This document shows, one piece after another, positions 45,249 through 57,864 of a stretch of 64,000 bases of DNA. This DNA is from a virus (lineage: Duplodnaviria; Heunggongvirae; Uroviricota; Caudoviricetes): the IMG/VR virus record IMGVR_UViG_3300031344_000001, one strand, 5' to 3'. The notes beneath the pieces were generated by a model. That model searched no databases, was not told the origin of the DNA, and saw only the letters and a list, made by a program, of their open reading frames with translations. A program made the translations under genes and the position numbers. Position 1 is the stretch's first letter. Each line of letters starts with the position of its first letter.

Positions 45249-46045
45249 GCACTACCCCCAGCACCCTCGACTGCACCCCCGCGTGCGAGGCAGCGCCCGC
45301 CTGCACCGTCTGCCACAGGCCCAAGCGCCCGCACGGCCGGAGCGTCTCACCCGAGCGGGAGCACGGGCTGTGCGGTCTCGACTGCTCCGGCTACGCGCTG
45401 GCCCCGAGGGCGGGGCACCTGTGGCCGGGGGAGCTCAAGGACGTGCAAGAGCGCCAGCGCGCCGGCGTTCAGGCCACCGAGATCCGCATCCTCGAGTCCT
45501 TCCTCGTCCACGCGGTCACCGGCACCTCTGACGTGAGGTGCCGCGGCGATCACCTGCGCTACGAGCGCGCTGGTCGACAATTCGAGTTGCGCGTCGCGGT
45601 GATCGAGGACGACGCATGAGCACCGAGGGCGTCGCCGTCATCGGAGCGCAAGAGAAGACGTACAAGCGCACGCGCACGATCTACGTGATCGGCGACGTCG
45701 CGTTCGTGGCGAACCCGGCGTCGCGCAGCTCGTGGTGGAAGACGCACGTCTCGGTCGCGATCGCAGCCTGTCCCACGTGCGGGGCGCCAATCGGCCAACT
45801 CTGCAAACCGGCGTTCGGGTTCTGTCACGGCAGTACGCACGGGGCCCGCAGGCGCCTCGCGCGTGGGCGTGACCAGGTCGCGATGCGGGTCGACGTCCAG
45901 CAGGTGGCACCGTGAGCGCGCTCCAGGCACGCCAGCTCCGTCGCGCGAAGAAGGACCTCCGCACGACCCAGGACGACATCGCAGAGCGTCAGGTGGACCT
46001 CGTGAAGGTCCTGGAGAAAACACACTCGAAGGAGACGAAGCTCTC

Positions 46046-46393
46046 ATGACCGAACTCGAACTCGACGTCATCGCCGCACTCAAGAAGCTGGCAGAGGCGG
46101 CCACGCCGGGGCCGTGGCAGACCACCACTGAAGTGGACAGGCCCGTCGGCCTGCACGTGAACGGGCGCTCGCTCCTCATGCGGGACAGCGACGGCCTGGC
46201 ATGCGTCGACAGACGTGAGGACGCGGCCTTCATCGCCGCCGCCAATCCCACCGTCATCCTCGCGCTGATCGCGCTGATCACCGAGCCACTGATATTCCTC
46301 AAGCCGGGATCGCTGATCGCGAGCGGTGAAGCGATCGAGAGGCTGGAGAGAGACGCAACCCCGAAGGCCGCGTCTGAGCCGGAGTGTCCATGA
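46046..46393 (+). CDS. Ead/Ea22-like protein
   Basis: LKKLAEAATPGPW...DAAFIAAANPTVILALI. Confidence 0.7.
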   Translation: MTELELDVIAALKKLAEAATPGPWQTTTEVDRPVGLHVNGRSLLMRDSDGLACVDRREDAAFIAAANPTVILALIALITEPLIFLKPGSLIASGEAIERLERDATPKAASEPECP

Positions 46394-47758
46394 CGAAGAT
46401 CCTCGAAGCGGTCGGAACGCTCCAACTCATCGACACGGGCAAGCGCTGCTCGGTGCGCAACGTCCGCATCCTGCGCGTGCACTGCACCGCGGGCTGCGGC
46501 GACGACTTCCTGCACGATGCGATCGTTGCCCCCTACTGGAACACGGTCAAGATGCTCGACGGCTACCACCAGGGGTGCGATCCGAACTCCGCGTGGAGGA
46601 AGGACCCCGTCGGCAGAAAGCTCCGGCATGACGCGAGCAAGTCGCTGCTCGACAAGAGCGCGGCCGGCGCATGCATCGCGTGCGACGAGCTCAACTGCAC
46701 GGGGGCGGGCCCGAACACGACCGCACCTGCCAACTAGGACGACGGAGACACCAGCGTGCCTGACATCGCCATGTGCAAAGGAGACGACTGCCCGAGGAAG
46801 GCGGAGTGCTACCGCCACCGCGCGGTACCGACGCCGCGACGGCAGTCGTACTTCGCTAAGCCGCCCCTGCACGCGGACGGGTCATGCACGGACTTCCTGT
46901 CGCTGCGGAAGGGCGACCGACTCGCGGACGGTACCCTCGTCGGAATGGAGGAGGCGTGACCGCAGAGTTGACGCACTGTCCGACCTGCCGATCGACCTGC
47001 CGATCGACTCATCCGCGCCCTCACACGGCAACGCTGAGGGGCCTTTGGGACGACTACTGCTACAACCCGTGGCACCGAGGGCTCGTCGTACACTTCACAC
47101 GCACGCCGTTCAGCACGCCCAACACCGCGGTGTGCGACGCGAAGATCGACGACCCCCGGCTCCAGTTGACGAAGAGCTGGACATTCGTCTCGTGCCCGCG
47201 CTGCATCTCCACGGCCCCAACGTGCGACCGATCGCACCCGGCCCCCTCGTGCGCGGACCCCGCGTGCTACCGCGCGGAGGCTGCACGCAAGGCCGCCGAG
47301 TCCTTGCCGAGCCCGGGCCTCAGGAACCAGGACAAGCGCGACCCTGACACGATCAACGGGGCCTACGAGATCGCGCCGCGCACGCGCGGCGACGACAACG
47401 TCCCGTCCATCGCCGAGGACTTTGGCGGCGGCGAAACCAAGGTGCACTACCTGCCGAACGAGCCCAAGGCCCCCGCGCGCTCCACCTCGAGCTTCACCGA
47501 ACCAGATCCAACGCCCGCACCTCTGCCGCCCACGCCGAGCGCACCCCACGAGATCTCCTGTCCGCTCTGCACACAAGGCCCGACCGTCCAGGACCTGCCC
47601 GAGATCACCGCGTGGTCCTGCGGGCACGAGATCCTCAAGCGCCCACGCTCGATCGCAGCGTTGTTCCAAGACATGCTGCGAAGCGCCTACCAAGCAGGCG
47701 TCGCTTCCGCGACGACCGGCGAGACCTTCGAGGCATGGTACCAGCGCGAGGTATTACG

Positions 47759-48505
47759 ATGAGCGACGAGAACACAACCGAGATGAAGACAGCCCCGAAC
47801 GGCGTACCGAACGGCGTGGTGAACGGTACGGCGAGCGGTGACCTGCACGACGGAGAAAAACCAACGGCCGCGACCGACGGCCACAAGGCGGACGAGACCG
47901 TGTCCAACAAGAAGAAGCACAAGCATCGTGGCAAGCCGGTGCCCACCGTCGACACCGCGCCACCAGCCACCGGCGCAGCAGAGGCCCCCGCGTCGATCGA
48001 CACGGACACCCCAGAATCGACAGCGCCGTCGCAGGCGTCGACGTCGATCGAGGCGTCGTCAACGCCACAGGAGCCAGTCGAGCTGTTGCCGCAGGAGACG
48101 ACGACTCCGGAGGAGACGGCTCAGGTGGAGCCCCCGCAGGAAGCAACGGCTCCGCAAGAAGCTCCGGCTCCGGCAGCGCCCCCGCAGGAGGCGACGGCTC
48201 CGGAGCGTGAGGCGCCCGCCGAAGATCTCCGGCTGCGCACGAAGGTCTGGACCAACCCCGCAACCGGCAAGCGCTACCTGATGCCGACCGCGTTCATGCG
48301 CGACGTCGTGAACGGCCAGCCGGTCAGCGACGTGATGTACGCCTACGCGATGCGCGACGACGACACCCAGCTCGTGACGCTGACGGCGCGCGAGTGGAAC
48401 GCACTGCCATTCTTCTACTTCAAGGAGGACGGTCCGGCGCCCCGCGCGACCGCGCGGCCCGTCGACGTGGTGCCCGGGCGCCGCCGCACACGAGGGGCCC
48501 GGTGA
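47759..48505 (+). CDS. Hypothetical protein with low-complexity PQEATAP repeats
   Basis: Disordered A/P/T/E N-terminal half, globular C-terminus. Confidence 0.65.
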   Translation: MSDENTTEMKTAPNGVPNGVVNGTASGDLHDGEKPTAATDGHKADETVSNKKKHKHRGKPVPTVDTAPPATGAAEAPASIDTDTPESTAPSQASTSIEASSTPQEPVELLPQETTTPEETAQVEPPQEATAPQEAPAPAAPPQEATAPEREAPAEDLRLRTKVWTNPATGKRYLMPTAFMRDVVNGQPVSDVMYAYAMRDDDTQLVTLTAREWNALPFFYFKEDGPAPRATARPVDVVPGRRRTRGAR

Positions 48506-48623
48506 AGTTCGAGGTCGCGATCGGACTCGATCGACGCGTCGCGCTCCAGATGCCAGGGGCCGTGTGAGCTGGTCGTCGACGACGCGCTAGGACACGAGAG
48601 CGAACATCAAGAAGGGACTCGAA

Positions 48624-49214
48624 ATGATGGGTGATGATTTTGCAGAGCGTAAGAGCGCCGCGGCGGCGCTGGAGAACAACGGCTTGCACACGGCCCTGAA
48701 GAATCCGCCCTCGGTGATCTCTGGTCAGCTCCGCGACGAGCTGATCAGGATCCTCAGGACGGGCGACGACAAGAGGGAGGGCGCGTTCACCGTCGCCATT
48801 GCCGCCCAAGTCGAGAAGTTCGCCGTCGCCGCGCGAGAAATCCTGATGACGGAGAACCTCGCCCAGCAAGACCTCGCGTCCCTCATGATGATGCGCAAGC
48901 ATCAGATGGGCTTGGGCGGTCCGTACAGCGTCGTCGGAGGCGGCCTCAGCAGCCTCAGTAGCGACAGCCTCATGTCCATGCCATACGGCGGCACGGGTCC
49001 GATCAACAACGAGAATTTCGGCGTCCAAGCCGTCAGGCAGATCGTCGATGCGGCCCGGACGATGGGCGAGTCACCCGCGAAGCTCGTCGAGGCGCTCGCC
49101 GTCGCGCGCTCGAACAACCTCGCCGACGTCGCCGCCGTCCTCGAGAAGAAGCTCGGCGTCTCGAAGGCCGAAGCGCCCCTCGAAGGCGCAGCGCCCGAAG
49201 GGCAGACGTCGTGA
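48624..49214 (+). CDS. Hypothetical protein
   Basis: RBS-like AAGGGA upstream; coupled to the next gene. Confidence 0.65.
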   Translation: MMGDDFAERKSAAAALENNGLHTALKNPPSVISGQLRDELIRILRTGDDKREGAFTVAIAAQVEKFAVAAREILMTENLAQQDLASLMMMRKHQMGLGGPYSVVGGGLSSLSSDSLMSMPYGGTGPINNENFGVQAVRQIVDAARTMGESPAKLVEALAVARSNNLADVAAVLEKKLGVSKAEAPLEGAAPEGQTS

Positions 49215-50053
49215 AGTTCTACATCCCGTCGTGGAATGGCGACTTTCGGCTCGAGGCCGACGGCGAAGGGTCGAAGCTCGTCGTCCACGACCCGACTCCG
49301 CACGAGCAGAAGATCATCGGGGAGTTCTTGATCAGGGCCGAGGCCGAGGGCTGGATGAGCAAAGCGGCGATCAAGAGCTTCGGCCTGAGCGGCAAGAGCG
49401 AGGTGTCGATCTCCGCGTCCCTGGCGAAAGCGGCGAAGATCCTCCTCAAGCTCGCTAGGCCGAAGAAACAGACGTTGACGGCGATCTGGTTCTCCGATGG
49501 AGTTCTAAGCGTCATCGAGGGTGCCGACGAGGCTGCCGCCGAAAAGGTCGAGAAAGCCGTCGAGAAAGCTGTGGCGACCGAGGATCCGAAGCAGCCCGCG
49601 AAGGCCGCGAGCGTGCGGCGCCCAACGCCTTGCTGCCCCGACTGCGAGATCGGATCCGTCGCGCCCGCGAACGAAGTGCTGCTCTCATTCTTGAATGACG
49701 AAGAGCACGAGACGTGGGCGCGAGAGCGGGCCATCATCGTGACGGGTGGCCTCACCGGCCACCGCTACGTCCTCGCCCACAGGCAGAGTGCCCTCGCCGC
49801 CTACAACACCAAGGTGTGCTTCGACCTGGACGACGGGCAGGTCCTGCATTTCCACGACAACAGCGTGCCCCCCGAGGAGGAGGTGCTCGCCGCGAAGTTG
49901 ATCCTCGAACATCGCGAGCCGTGGCTCCGCAACGAGGCAACGCTCCTCGAAGGCACCAACATGAAGTTCAAGAACCCGTTCGGCGATCTCGCCGACGGCA
50001 CCGAGACCGCCGCCTTCGTGGGCCAGCTCGGCCGCTTGTTCAGGGGCGCCTGA
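49211..50053 (+). CDS. Hypothetical protein
   Basis: 280 aa; RRPTPCCPDC and FHDNSVPPEEEVLAAKL motifs. Confidence 0.7.
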   Translation: MKFYIPSWNGDFRLEADGEGSKLVVHDPTPHEQKIIGEFLIRAEAEGWMSKAAIKSFGLSGKSEVSISASLAKAAKILLKLARPKKQTLTAIWFSDGVLSVIEGADEAAAEKVEKAVEKAVATEDPKQPAKAASVRRPTPCCPDCEIGSVAPANEVLLSFLNDEEHETWARERAIIVTGGLTGHRYVLAHRQSALAAYNTKVCFDLDDGQVLHFHDNSVPPEEEVLAAKLILEHREPWLRNEATLLEGTNMKFKNPFGDLADGTETAAFVGQLGRLFRGA

Positions 50054-53000
50054 GGACTCGGCATGACTCAGCCTGACTCGAACCCGGACCCGGGCCTGCT
50101 CGACGAGGTGACGAAATTCGTCCGTCTCGCAGAAGAGGCGCTGTCGGACGATGAGGAGCAAGAACCCGGTCCCTGGACGACGGGTACCTGCATGAGTGGA
50201 GAGGCGTGCTGGTGCCGTACAGTGATCTCGTCGCGTATTGACAACGACTCGCCAATCAGCAGCGAACGCGGTAAGCCCGCCTGGGTCGTTGGAGACGCTT
50301 CGCTGGACAGAGCTGTCGCCGAGTACATGACGCGAGTCCGCACCCGCGAACCGCAGCTCGCCCGCGCGGTGATCGAGTTGAGCCTCCTTCTCGGCTACAG
50401 CCGGGAAGGCGTCGGCCACTGGACGCGCGAGGCAGAGAGGCTGATGCACGAGCGTGACGCGGCGCTGGCCGACGTCACCAAGCTACGTGCCGCGCTCTCA
50501 CAGACACCAATGTGAAGGAGATCCAGCCGTGATCATCGTCCGACATACCAAAGAGTGCGCCGGCAAACCCGACGCGAACGGGCGCCTGACCGGGAGGTGT
50601 AACTGCAAGACCGCCAAGCTCGACGAGTCCGCGATGAAGCGGCTGCGCCTACTGCTTGGCACGCTTGCCGGCGAGTCACTCAAGGCAGGCGAGGAGTCCG
50701 AATATTTTGCGCTTCGTCTCGACGAGCTTGCAGATCAGATCGCGAAGGACGCGCGCGGCGTGCGCCGGACCGCGAAGCGATCGGATCTCACGACCCGAAG
50801 AACTGCGCATCATACGGCGGTGGCCTTAAACCGCTGAGCACGGAATTAACAATGACGCCCAACGACGACAACGCCGCGCCTCTCGGTACGGTCCTCCAGT
50901 ACGCTGCCCTGCCGACGGCTTCCGGCATGGACGCGATCGAAGCGCGCCTGGTCCCCGTGCAGGAGGTCCCGCCCAGGGCAGAGGTCCACTTCTACGCGCT
51001 TCGCGGAGGCGCAAGAGAGCGCCTGACCACCGCGGAGGCAACCGCGGTGCTGCACGAGCTCGTGCCGCAGAAGGCCATCAGCACGTTGTCCCACGTCGAG
51101 CTGCTCGTGGAAGTCTCGGTGCTCCGCACCGAAGTGGCACGCTTGCGACCGATCTACGCGGCGGCGAAGGCGTGGAGGGCCGGCCGTGCACCGCGCGCGG
51201 TGGCGGAACACCAAAGCTCCACGGAGGAAGGGCTGATCGAGGCCGTCGACACCGCGACCAGCGCAGCGGGGACCTCCTCGTGACGACGACCGTCGATGCC
51301 ACGTCCGTCGCGTGCCCCACGTGCGACGCCTGGATCGGCTGGGCCTGCGAAGGTGCGGACTACGGCTACCACGCGGCGGGTTACCACCCCGCGCGCGAGG
51401 AGGCTGCGGTTCGTGCGGCCACGTCCACACAAGTCAACACGTCCACCGAAACGAAGGGCGCGCCATGAGCACAGGAGTCGTCAAGGTCGACCCGACCACG
51501 TACGTGATCTTCAACCTCAGGTTCCAGCCGTGACCCGCGAGGACTCCATCCGACCATGACGACCAAGACCAAGACGACTCCGGCACCCAGTGTCCAAGCC
51601 CACGAGATCACGATCCACCGCGTGCCCCCCTCGCACGAGGGCGTGCTCGTGCTCATGGGCGGTCACCGCGCGAGCTGCTCGTGCGGCTGGGGCAGCGACT
51701 GCTACTCGCAACTCTCCGACACCGAGCGCGCGATCGACGTCCACCTGCGCCGCGCAGGGCGCCTCGACCTCGACGCGCTGATCGCCCGGTCGTCGATCGG
51801 CGCCGCGGTCGCCGACATCAAGGCCCGCGGGATCGACGCACACCTGGTCGACCTGGAGCGCGAGATGAACCGCCGCCCGACGAAGACGAAGAGGTCCGCA
51901 AAGAAGGAACTCTCCGTCAAGGATAAGGCGTTCATGCGCGGATTCGGCATCGCGCTCGCCTCGATCTGGAGTTGCCACCACGACGGCCAGATGGTGCGCT
52001 GCCTGATCAAGCAGAACGGCTTCACCCTGTCCTCGTTCCGCGACGTCGACATGCTCGACGGTGACTACGCGGCAATCTGCGCGGCGGTGCGCCAGTGAAC
52101 AATCACCAGAAGGACCTCCTCCGTCGCGAAGCGTTCGTGCACGGCTTCGTCGCCGGGCGCGACCCCAAGACCCCGCGAGACACACTCCTCGTGCTTGAGG
52201 AAGCGGAGCGCGCGTGGGGCGTCCACCTCACACTCAGGGAGGAGGCCGCGCGTGGCTAGGATCCAACTAGAGACCGTCGGACTGGAGTTCGAGGAAGACG
52301 GCAACACGATCTGGGTCCACGGATCGGAGGGCACGGTCCTGCGCATCAAGTGCTCCGGTCGGATCACGACGACGCGCTGCTCGGCGCCGGGTCCGCACTC
52401 CGACGTCCTCGTCCACGGGGACATCGAGTTCTGCTTACCCGCGAGCGTGCTTGGCGAGGACACCGAGCCCAAGGAGTTGGTCCATTGATGCCCTCCGCGC
52501 CACCGGGCAAGAAGCTCCTGTTCTGGGACGAGCTTGCCGGCGAGCTCCAACCGCTACTCGACCTACTCAACGTGATCCCCGGCGGTCGTCGGCACGGCCA
52601 ACCCCGGGATCACGTCAGGCGAGACGTACCGCGCACTGACCGCGAGGCGCTGGCCCGCGCGCTCCAGCTCCGGTCCGCCGCGAACCCGTCGGGCGGCGAC
52701 GTGCTCATGGGGTACATGGGCTGGGCGGACTGCCGGATCTGCGGCGAGCGCCTCGGCACGCGCGACTTCTTCGGCCACGGCTTCGTGTGGCCGGAGAAGG
52801 CCGACCACTACGTTCTCGTCCACGACGTCTGGACGCCCGAGTGCTCCGAGCTACTCGCGGTCCTTCGCCGAAGTTCGCGGAGGGCCCCGTGACGCTGCTC
52901 CCGTTAGAGCAGAGCGCCGTGCCGCTGCGGTGCGCCGTCTACGCCCGCCACGCCGTACTGTGGAACTACTGGCTGCTATCAGACAAGCGCGTCAACGGCA

Positions 53001-55153
53001 GACGATTCACCGTCGAGCAATACGGCAAGGCGCGGGACTGGGCCGAGCCCATCGTCTACGGCACCGACTACGTCATCGACGGCGTCTACGTGACGGCGGC
53101 CGAGTTCGACCGCGTCATGCGCCTCGAAGGGATCCCGTGACCGTTCAGAACGCAGCAAGGAGCGCTACATGATCGAGTCCGGTGCTCTCGATCTAACAAC
53201 CACGGTCACGGTCACGTACACAATCGGTGGCAGCGGCGGACCTGTCTATCGCGGCATTCCGTCACTCGACGCGGCGATCTCCATGCTGGATGACCTGGTG
53301 CGCTACGACGATACAGACGAGGCGATCGTGCGCACCTCGCTTGAGGTATCGTTCGACTACGTCGAAGACGCCCCCGAGAAATACTGGCAGGTAGCCGACG
53401 AAGACGGTCGTCCCAATCTGGTCATCAGCGAAGAGTTCCGTTGTGGCCATTGTGGAATGCGGAAGCCGTGACGTTCCACGACGAAAACGTGCGTCGCTGC
53501 CCATGGTGCGCGGAGGTCGTCGCCCCCGGTGACCTCACGCACTCACTCCTGCCGGGCTACCACTACGCCTGCGCTCTCCGATCCGCGATCGGCTCGATCG
53601 GCCACGTCCGCGGCACGTGCAGCTGCTACGTGAAGGACGGCACCGCAGAGGAGGATCCGCCCGGGCTCAGTCGACGCCAGGCAGCTCGGCTCGTCGCTGA
53701 CTACGTACGCCAGCAACAGGCTCTCGCGCCTTCGCCAGGGCGGAACTGATGCGCGCCCAAGGAAGGGGCCACAAAGCATGAAGGAGAGCGAAGCGAAAAC
53801 GTGGAAGGCAGAGACCGGCATGATGCCGTGCTGGATCATCTGGGAAGCCGCCTCCGACGGCGGTCGCCCCTACCTCATCGCCATCGACACGAGCGAGGAG
53901 CAGGCGAACCTGCACGTCCGCGCCAAGCGCGAGGAGGCGCGGCTACTCGACAGACCGCCGCCGCAGATCCGCGTCGAGGAGAGCTACCTCGACCACCTCT
54001 ACGGTGAGTCGATGACCAAGACGTTCGACGAGGCCAAGAAGATGATGAAGGACATCTTGCGCGCCCAGATCGTCGACCTGAAGGCTCGCCTCCGCTGCGC
54101 CGTCGACCTGGCACGCGACGCCGTCAAGCACAGCCACCTCCACCGAACCTCTGCGCAGGAGGTCCTCGACGCGCTCGCCAAGCTGGAGAAAGGGCTATGA
54201 CCACGCTCCTCACCGACCGCGTCGAGCAAGCGCTCCGACGCGCACACTGCTCGCACGCCGACAGCGCCGACCCTGAACACCAGTGTGTCGGCAGCTGCCT
54301 CATCACGCCCCAGGGGGTGAAGCTGTCCTGCAAGGCGTGCGGTGACGACGATCGCGCGATCGCGCCGTCCGACACGCTGCCGGAAACGAGACTCGTGCGC
54401 GCCGTGCTCGACGCGCTCGGCATCGCATACGACGCGCTGTCGCCCGAGTACAAGGTGCGCGCGGCGGAGACCGCAAAACGCTGGATGGGAACACGGAGAT
54501 ACTGATGAGCGACGACCCCAGAGACGAGAAGCGCTTGCACGGCCTGAACGCCGCAAGTGCCGGCAACCTAGGCAGCATCGACACGGGCAGTCTCCTGGGA
54601 CCGTGCCCGAGCTGCGGCGCCGAGTTGCACGACACCCACGTCAAGGACCCGAGGACCGGCCGTGTCGAGCGCGGGATGGTGCACCCGGTACCATTCTGCA
54701 CGTACTTCGGCGAGACCGACCCCGCGGTCATCGAGCGTGACGTCCGCCGCGCGCAGGAGGCTTCATGACGACAGCCACGATCACCCAATTATGCGCGGAG
54801 CACGCGGCGTTGACCGCGGTCTACCTCGCCGCCGCCAACTTGCGCCAGTTCCCGGTCCCCTTCGACGCACACTTCGAGTTGGTCGGTGCTGTGGACCAGT
54901 GCCGCGCCATCCTGGAACCCGCGCCCGAGGAGGATCCACGGTCCGACTGGCGGAAGCACGTCGCGGCGTACCCGCGCGAGGAGTTCCTGGCCACGTTCCG
55001 CGAGGCACACGCCACACTCCACCGCCTGTGGTCGGCAGCTGTGGGCACGGAGGGCTACGACAAGGAGGCGTGGAAGACGCTCGACAACGCGCTCGCGTGT
55101 TTCGCGCGTGACGCCTCCGAGAAGTGCGGCCTCGATCGATCGGAGCCACTCCT

Positions 55154-55606
55154 GTGACCGCAACGACCAGACCCCTCGTCGGCATCTCCGTCCTCATCCT
55201 GAAGGAAGGGAAGCTGCTCCTCGGCAAGCGTCGCGGTTCGCACGGCGCCGGAGAGTACGCGGCACCCGGCGGTCACCTCGAGCACCTGGAGAGCTTCCAG
55301 ACCTGCGCCACGCGCGAGGTTCTCGAAGAGGCCGGGATCGAGGTCGGCCCACTGCGCTTCCTGTGCGTGCGCAACGCCACGCAGTACGCGCCGAAGCACT
55401 ACGTCGAGATCGCGTTCGTCACCGAATGGAAGGCGGGCGAGCCAGAGGTCCGCGAGCCGGACAAGGTCGACCGCTGGGACTGGTACGCCCTCGATGCGCT
55501 ACCGTCCCCCCTGTTCGCGCTGCTACCGGGAGCGATCGCGATCCTGCGCGACGGCGGTCCGCCCTGCCAGGACGCTCCATGCGCGGTCACGGACCCGCGT
55601 ACGTGA
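55154..55606 (+). CDS. Nudix hydrolase (NUDT15/MutT-like)
   Basis: LLGKRRGSHGAG..PGGHLEHLESFQTCATREVLEEAGI (Nudix box)..EPDKVDRWDWY. Confidence 0.9.
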   Translation: MTATTRPLVGISVLILKEGKLLLGKRRGSHGAGEYAAPGGHLEHLESFQTCATREVLEEAGIEVGPLRFLCVRNATQYAPKHYVEIAFVTEWKAGEPEVREPDKVDRWDWYALDALPSPLFALLPGAIAILRDGGPPCQDAPCAVTDPRT

Positions 55607-56352
55607 CGGCCGCAACCTTCGCGCGCCTGATCCCGCCCGCGGTCCTGCGACGAGTCCCTGATCGTACGGCCTTCTTGAACGAGACCGCGCACTACATCGC
55701 AATGGGCGATGACGCACTCCTGCGTGCGACCCAAGTCTGCCTGCGAAACTTGGAGCGCCTCGACGACCTTACCGGCCCCGACGCCGCCCTCCAGCTCGTC
55801 CTCGTACCCGAGCTTTGGGAGCGCCTCCGATCAGGTACACGAGACGCACTCCGCCGCATCTCGTCCACGCTGGCCGAATACGACCCTGACCCGGCACGCC
55901 CCTCGATCTTCGTACGGCGACTGGCACCGGAAACGTACGCGCGCCTGCGCGAGGACGCGGATGCGCTGCGCCAGTACGTCGCGCGCACCACGCCCCTCGA
56001 CGACAAATCCCTCGTCGAGCAGGTACGTTTCGCGATCGCGGGGTCGCGCGCTACCGACCGCTGGTCCCCCGCCGACTTCGTGTACGAGCCTGGGTTCGTC
56101 TACCGCCTGGTGCCCGCCATCGCGTGGCGGGTGCTCGTCCGCGATCACGACCACCAGAGGCAGCGATGATCGACGTGCTCGGACCCGTGACTGCCGCGAC
56201 GCATGGCGGCTGCATGGAGTGCGACCCGCACGACGACCGCGGCGACGACCTCTTCGTCTTCCAGCTCGGAGGCTTCAAGATCCGGCTCTGCCGTCACCAC
56301 CTGGTGATGCTGCGAGAGAGCCTCGGGCGCGTCGAGCTGCGCGCCTGAGAAG

Positions 56353-57138
56353 CTAGGCCAGCTTCTCGATGATCAACTTCTGCGCGTAGGCGTGCGTCAG
56401 CGATCCGTCTGCCGGCGTGACAGTGAGCGCGGTCGAGTTGCCCACGGGGTTGATCACCGCGAGCACCTGGCCGCCGCCCGACGGGACGGTGACGACCGCG
56501 TCGATGACGATCGGGTGGCCGCCCGAGGTCGGGTTCGCGTTGCCGAAGGCGGAGTTGTCGACGGCGACGCCGGCGAGCTCCAGCTCCAGCTGCCCCGGCT
56601 CCGTCGTGTGCACGGTGGCCGTCACGCGGTAGGTGCCAGGCGCGAGGGTGAAGGACGAGGCATCCACGCGCGTACCAGCGCCCGTGGTGGGACCGTTCTG
56701 CGGGAACGGGACGCGCCCCGTGCCCGCGGAAGTCTTGACCGGGATCGTCGCCGGGTAGTCCGTCGCGCCGCCGTTGCCCGTCCCGGCCGTGAGGCCAAAG
56801 AACATGCTGACGAGGCCGCTGGCCGCGATGCCCGTCGCGCCCGTCGCGCCGACCGAGCCCGTCGAGCCCACCGCACCGGTCGCACCAGCCGTACCCGTCG
56901 GGCCCGTCGCGCCCGTTCCGGTGGCTCCCGTCGGACCCGTCGGGCCCGTCGGGCCCGTGGTACCCGTGGGTCCACCCGAGGGGCCCGTGGGGCCCGTACC
57001 ACCAGCACCGGTCGGTCCGACGGGGCCAGGAGGCCCATCGTGCCCATCGTGCCCACGATGGCCACGCTTGCCGCGCTTGCCACGCTCGCGCTCGCACTCG
57101 TCTTCGCAGCCGGGGATGCCGATGCTGATGTCCGCCAT
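56353..57138 (-). CDS. Collagen-like protein with BclA-type C-terminal domain
   Basis: G-X-T/G-P-T triplets followed by [38 protein letters not shown]. Confidence 0.8.
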   Translation of the reverse strand: MADISIGIPGCEDECERERGKRGKRGHRGHDGHDGPPGPVGPTGAGGTGPTGPSGGPTGTTGPTGPTGPTGATGTGATGPTGTAGATGAVGSTGSVGATGATGIAASGLVSMFFGLTAGTGNGGATDYPATIPVKTSAGTGRVPFPQNGPTTGAGTRVDASSFTLAPGTYRVTATVHTTEPGQLELELAGVAVDNSAFGNANPTSGGHPIVIDAVVTVPSGGGQVLAVINPVGNSTALTVTPADGSLTHAYAQKLIIEKLA

Positions 57139-57255
57139 AGGTCCCGACTCTAAGCTCAGCGCAAGGGCACGTCCAAAAAATGGCATGCGGGGGTCGCGGA
57201 GATCTACCCGAGACCGAGCGCCGTTCTCGACGGAGGCCCGTGATAGGACCTGCCG

Positions 57256-57864
57256 ATGCAGATCTTCCTACGAATCCTGCTCGCGATCCTGACACCTGCC
57301 AGCGACGCGAACGTCGCACGCCACCTCGCCCCGAACGAAGTGACCGCCCAGGGCCAGGACGCCTACCGTCATGGACAAGCCTGGGCAGCGCATGTAGTGA
57401 CCGCGGTCTACGCCAACGCCCCGATCGCACTCCTCCTCCGCGCCCTCGACCAGCCTGACGTTCAGCCCCGCGACGTCGCGATGGCCTGGGTGGCCGCCGA
57501 GCTGGAGGCCACCCCCCACGCCGACGCGCCACTCCTCATGGCCCTCATGTGGCCCGAGAGCCGGTACCAGTCAACGGCCGGCCCCGCGTGCGGCGTGATG
57601 CAAGTCTACCCCCACGACCTCGGCCTCGACGACGCTTCCTCGTGCGCCCTGTGGAAGCGCGACGTGCTCGCGGGCGTTCGCGCCGGCGTGCTCGAGATCG
57701 AGACGCTACTCGCCGACCACCGCGTCCATAGCCTGAGGGAAGCGCTGCTCTACCGCGCGTGCGGGAACAAAGCGTTCACCAACGAGTGCGACAGGGACGG
57801 CTGGGTCAACGCGGTGTTCGCGCGTCGCATGTACCTCGTCAACGGCGGACGCCCGAAGGTGTAG
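57256..57864 (+). CDS. Lysozyme-like/SLT transglycosylase domain protein (candidate endolysin)
   Basis: Hydrophobic N-terminus; [11 protein letters not shown]...ACGVMQV resembles the SLT ES and GLMQ motifs. Confidence 0.5.
   Translation: MQIFLRILLAILTPASDANVARHLAPNEVTAQGQDAYRHGQAWAAHVVTAVYANAPIALLLRALDQPDVQPRDVAMAWVAAELEATPHADAPLLMALMWPESRYQSTAGPACGVMQVYPHDLGLDDASSCALWKRDVLAGVRAGVLEIETLLADHRVHSLREALLYRACGNKAFTNECDRDGWVNAVFARRMYLVNGGRPKV

Larger units (their letters stand above)
36087..56348 (+). other. Block of small, translationally coupled phage-like genes
   Basis: Nearly continuous plus-strand ORFs with 4-bp or 1-bp overlaps. Confidence 0.75.

Noticed and set aside
832-55157. Scattered HARK/HATI/HATR/HATL tetrapeptides outside 60875-64000
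   Set aside because: Isolated, not in linkers and not accompanied by the QLDxEI tag; treated as background
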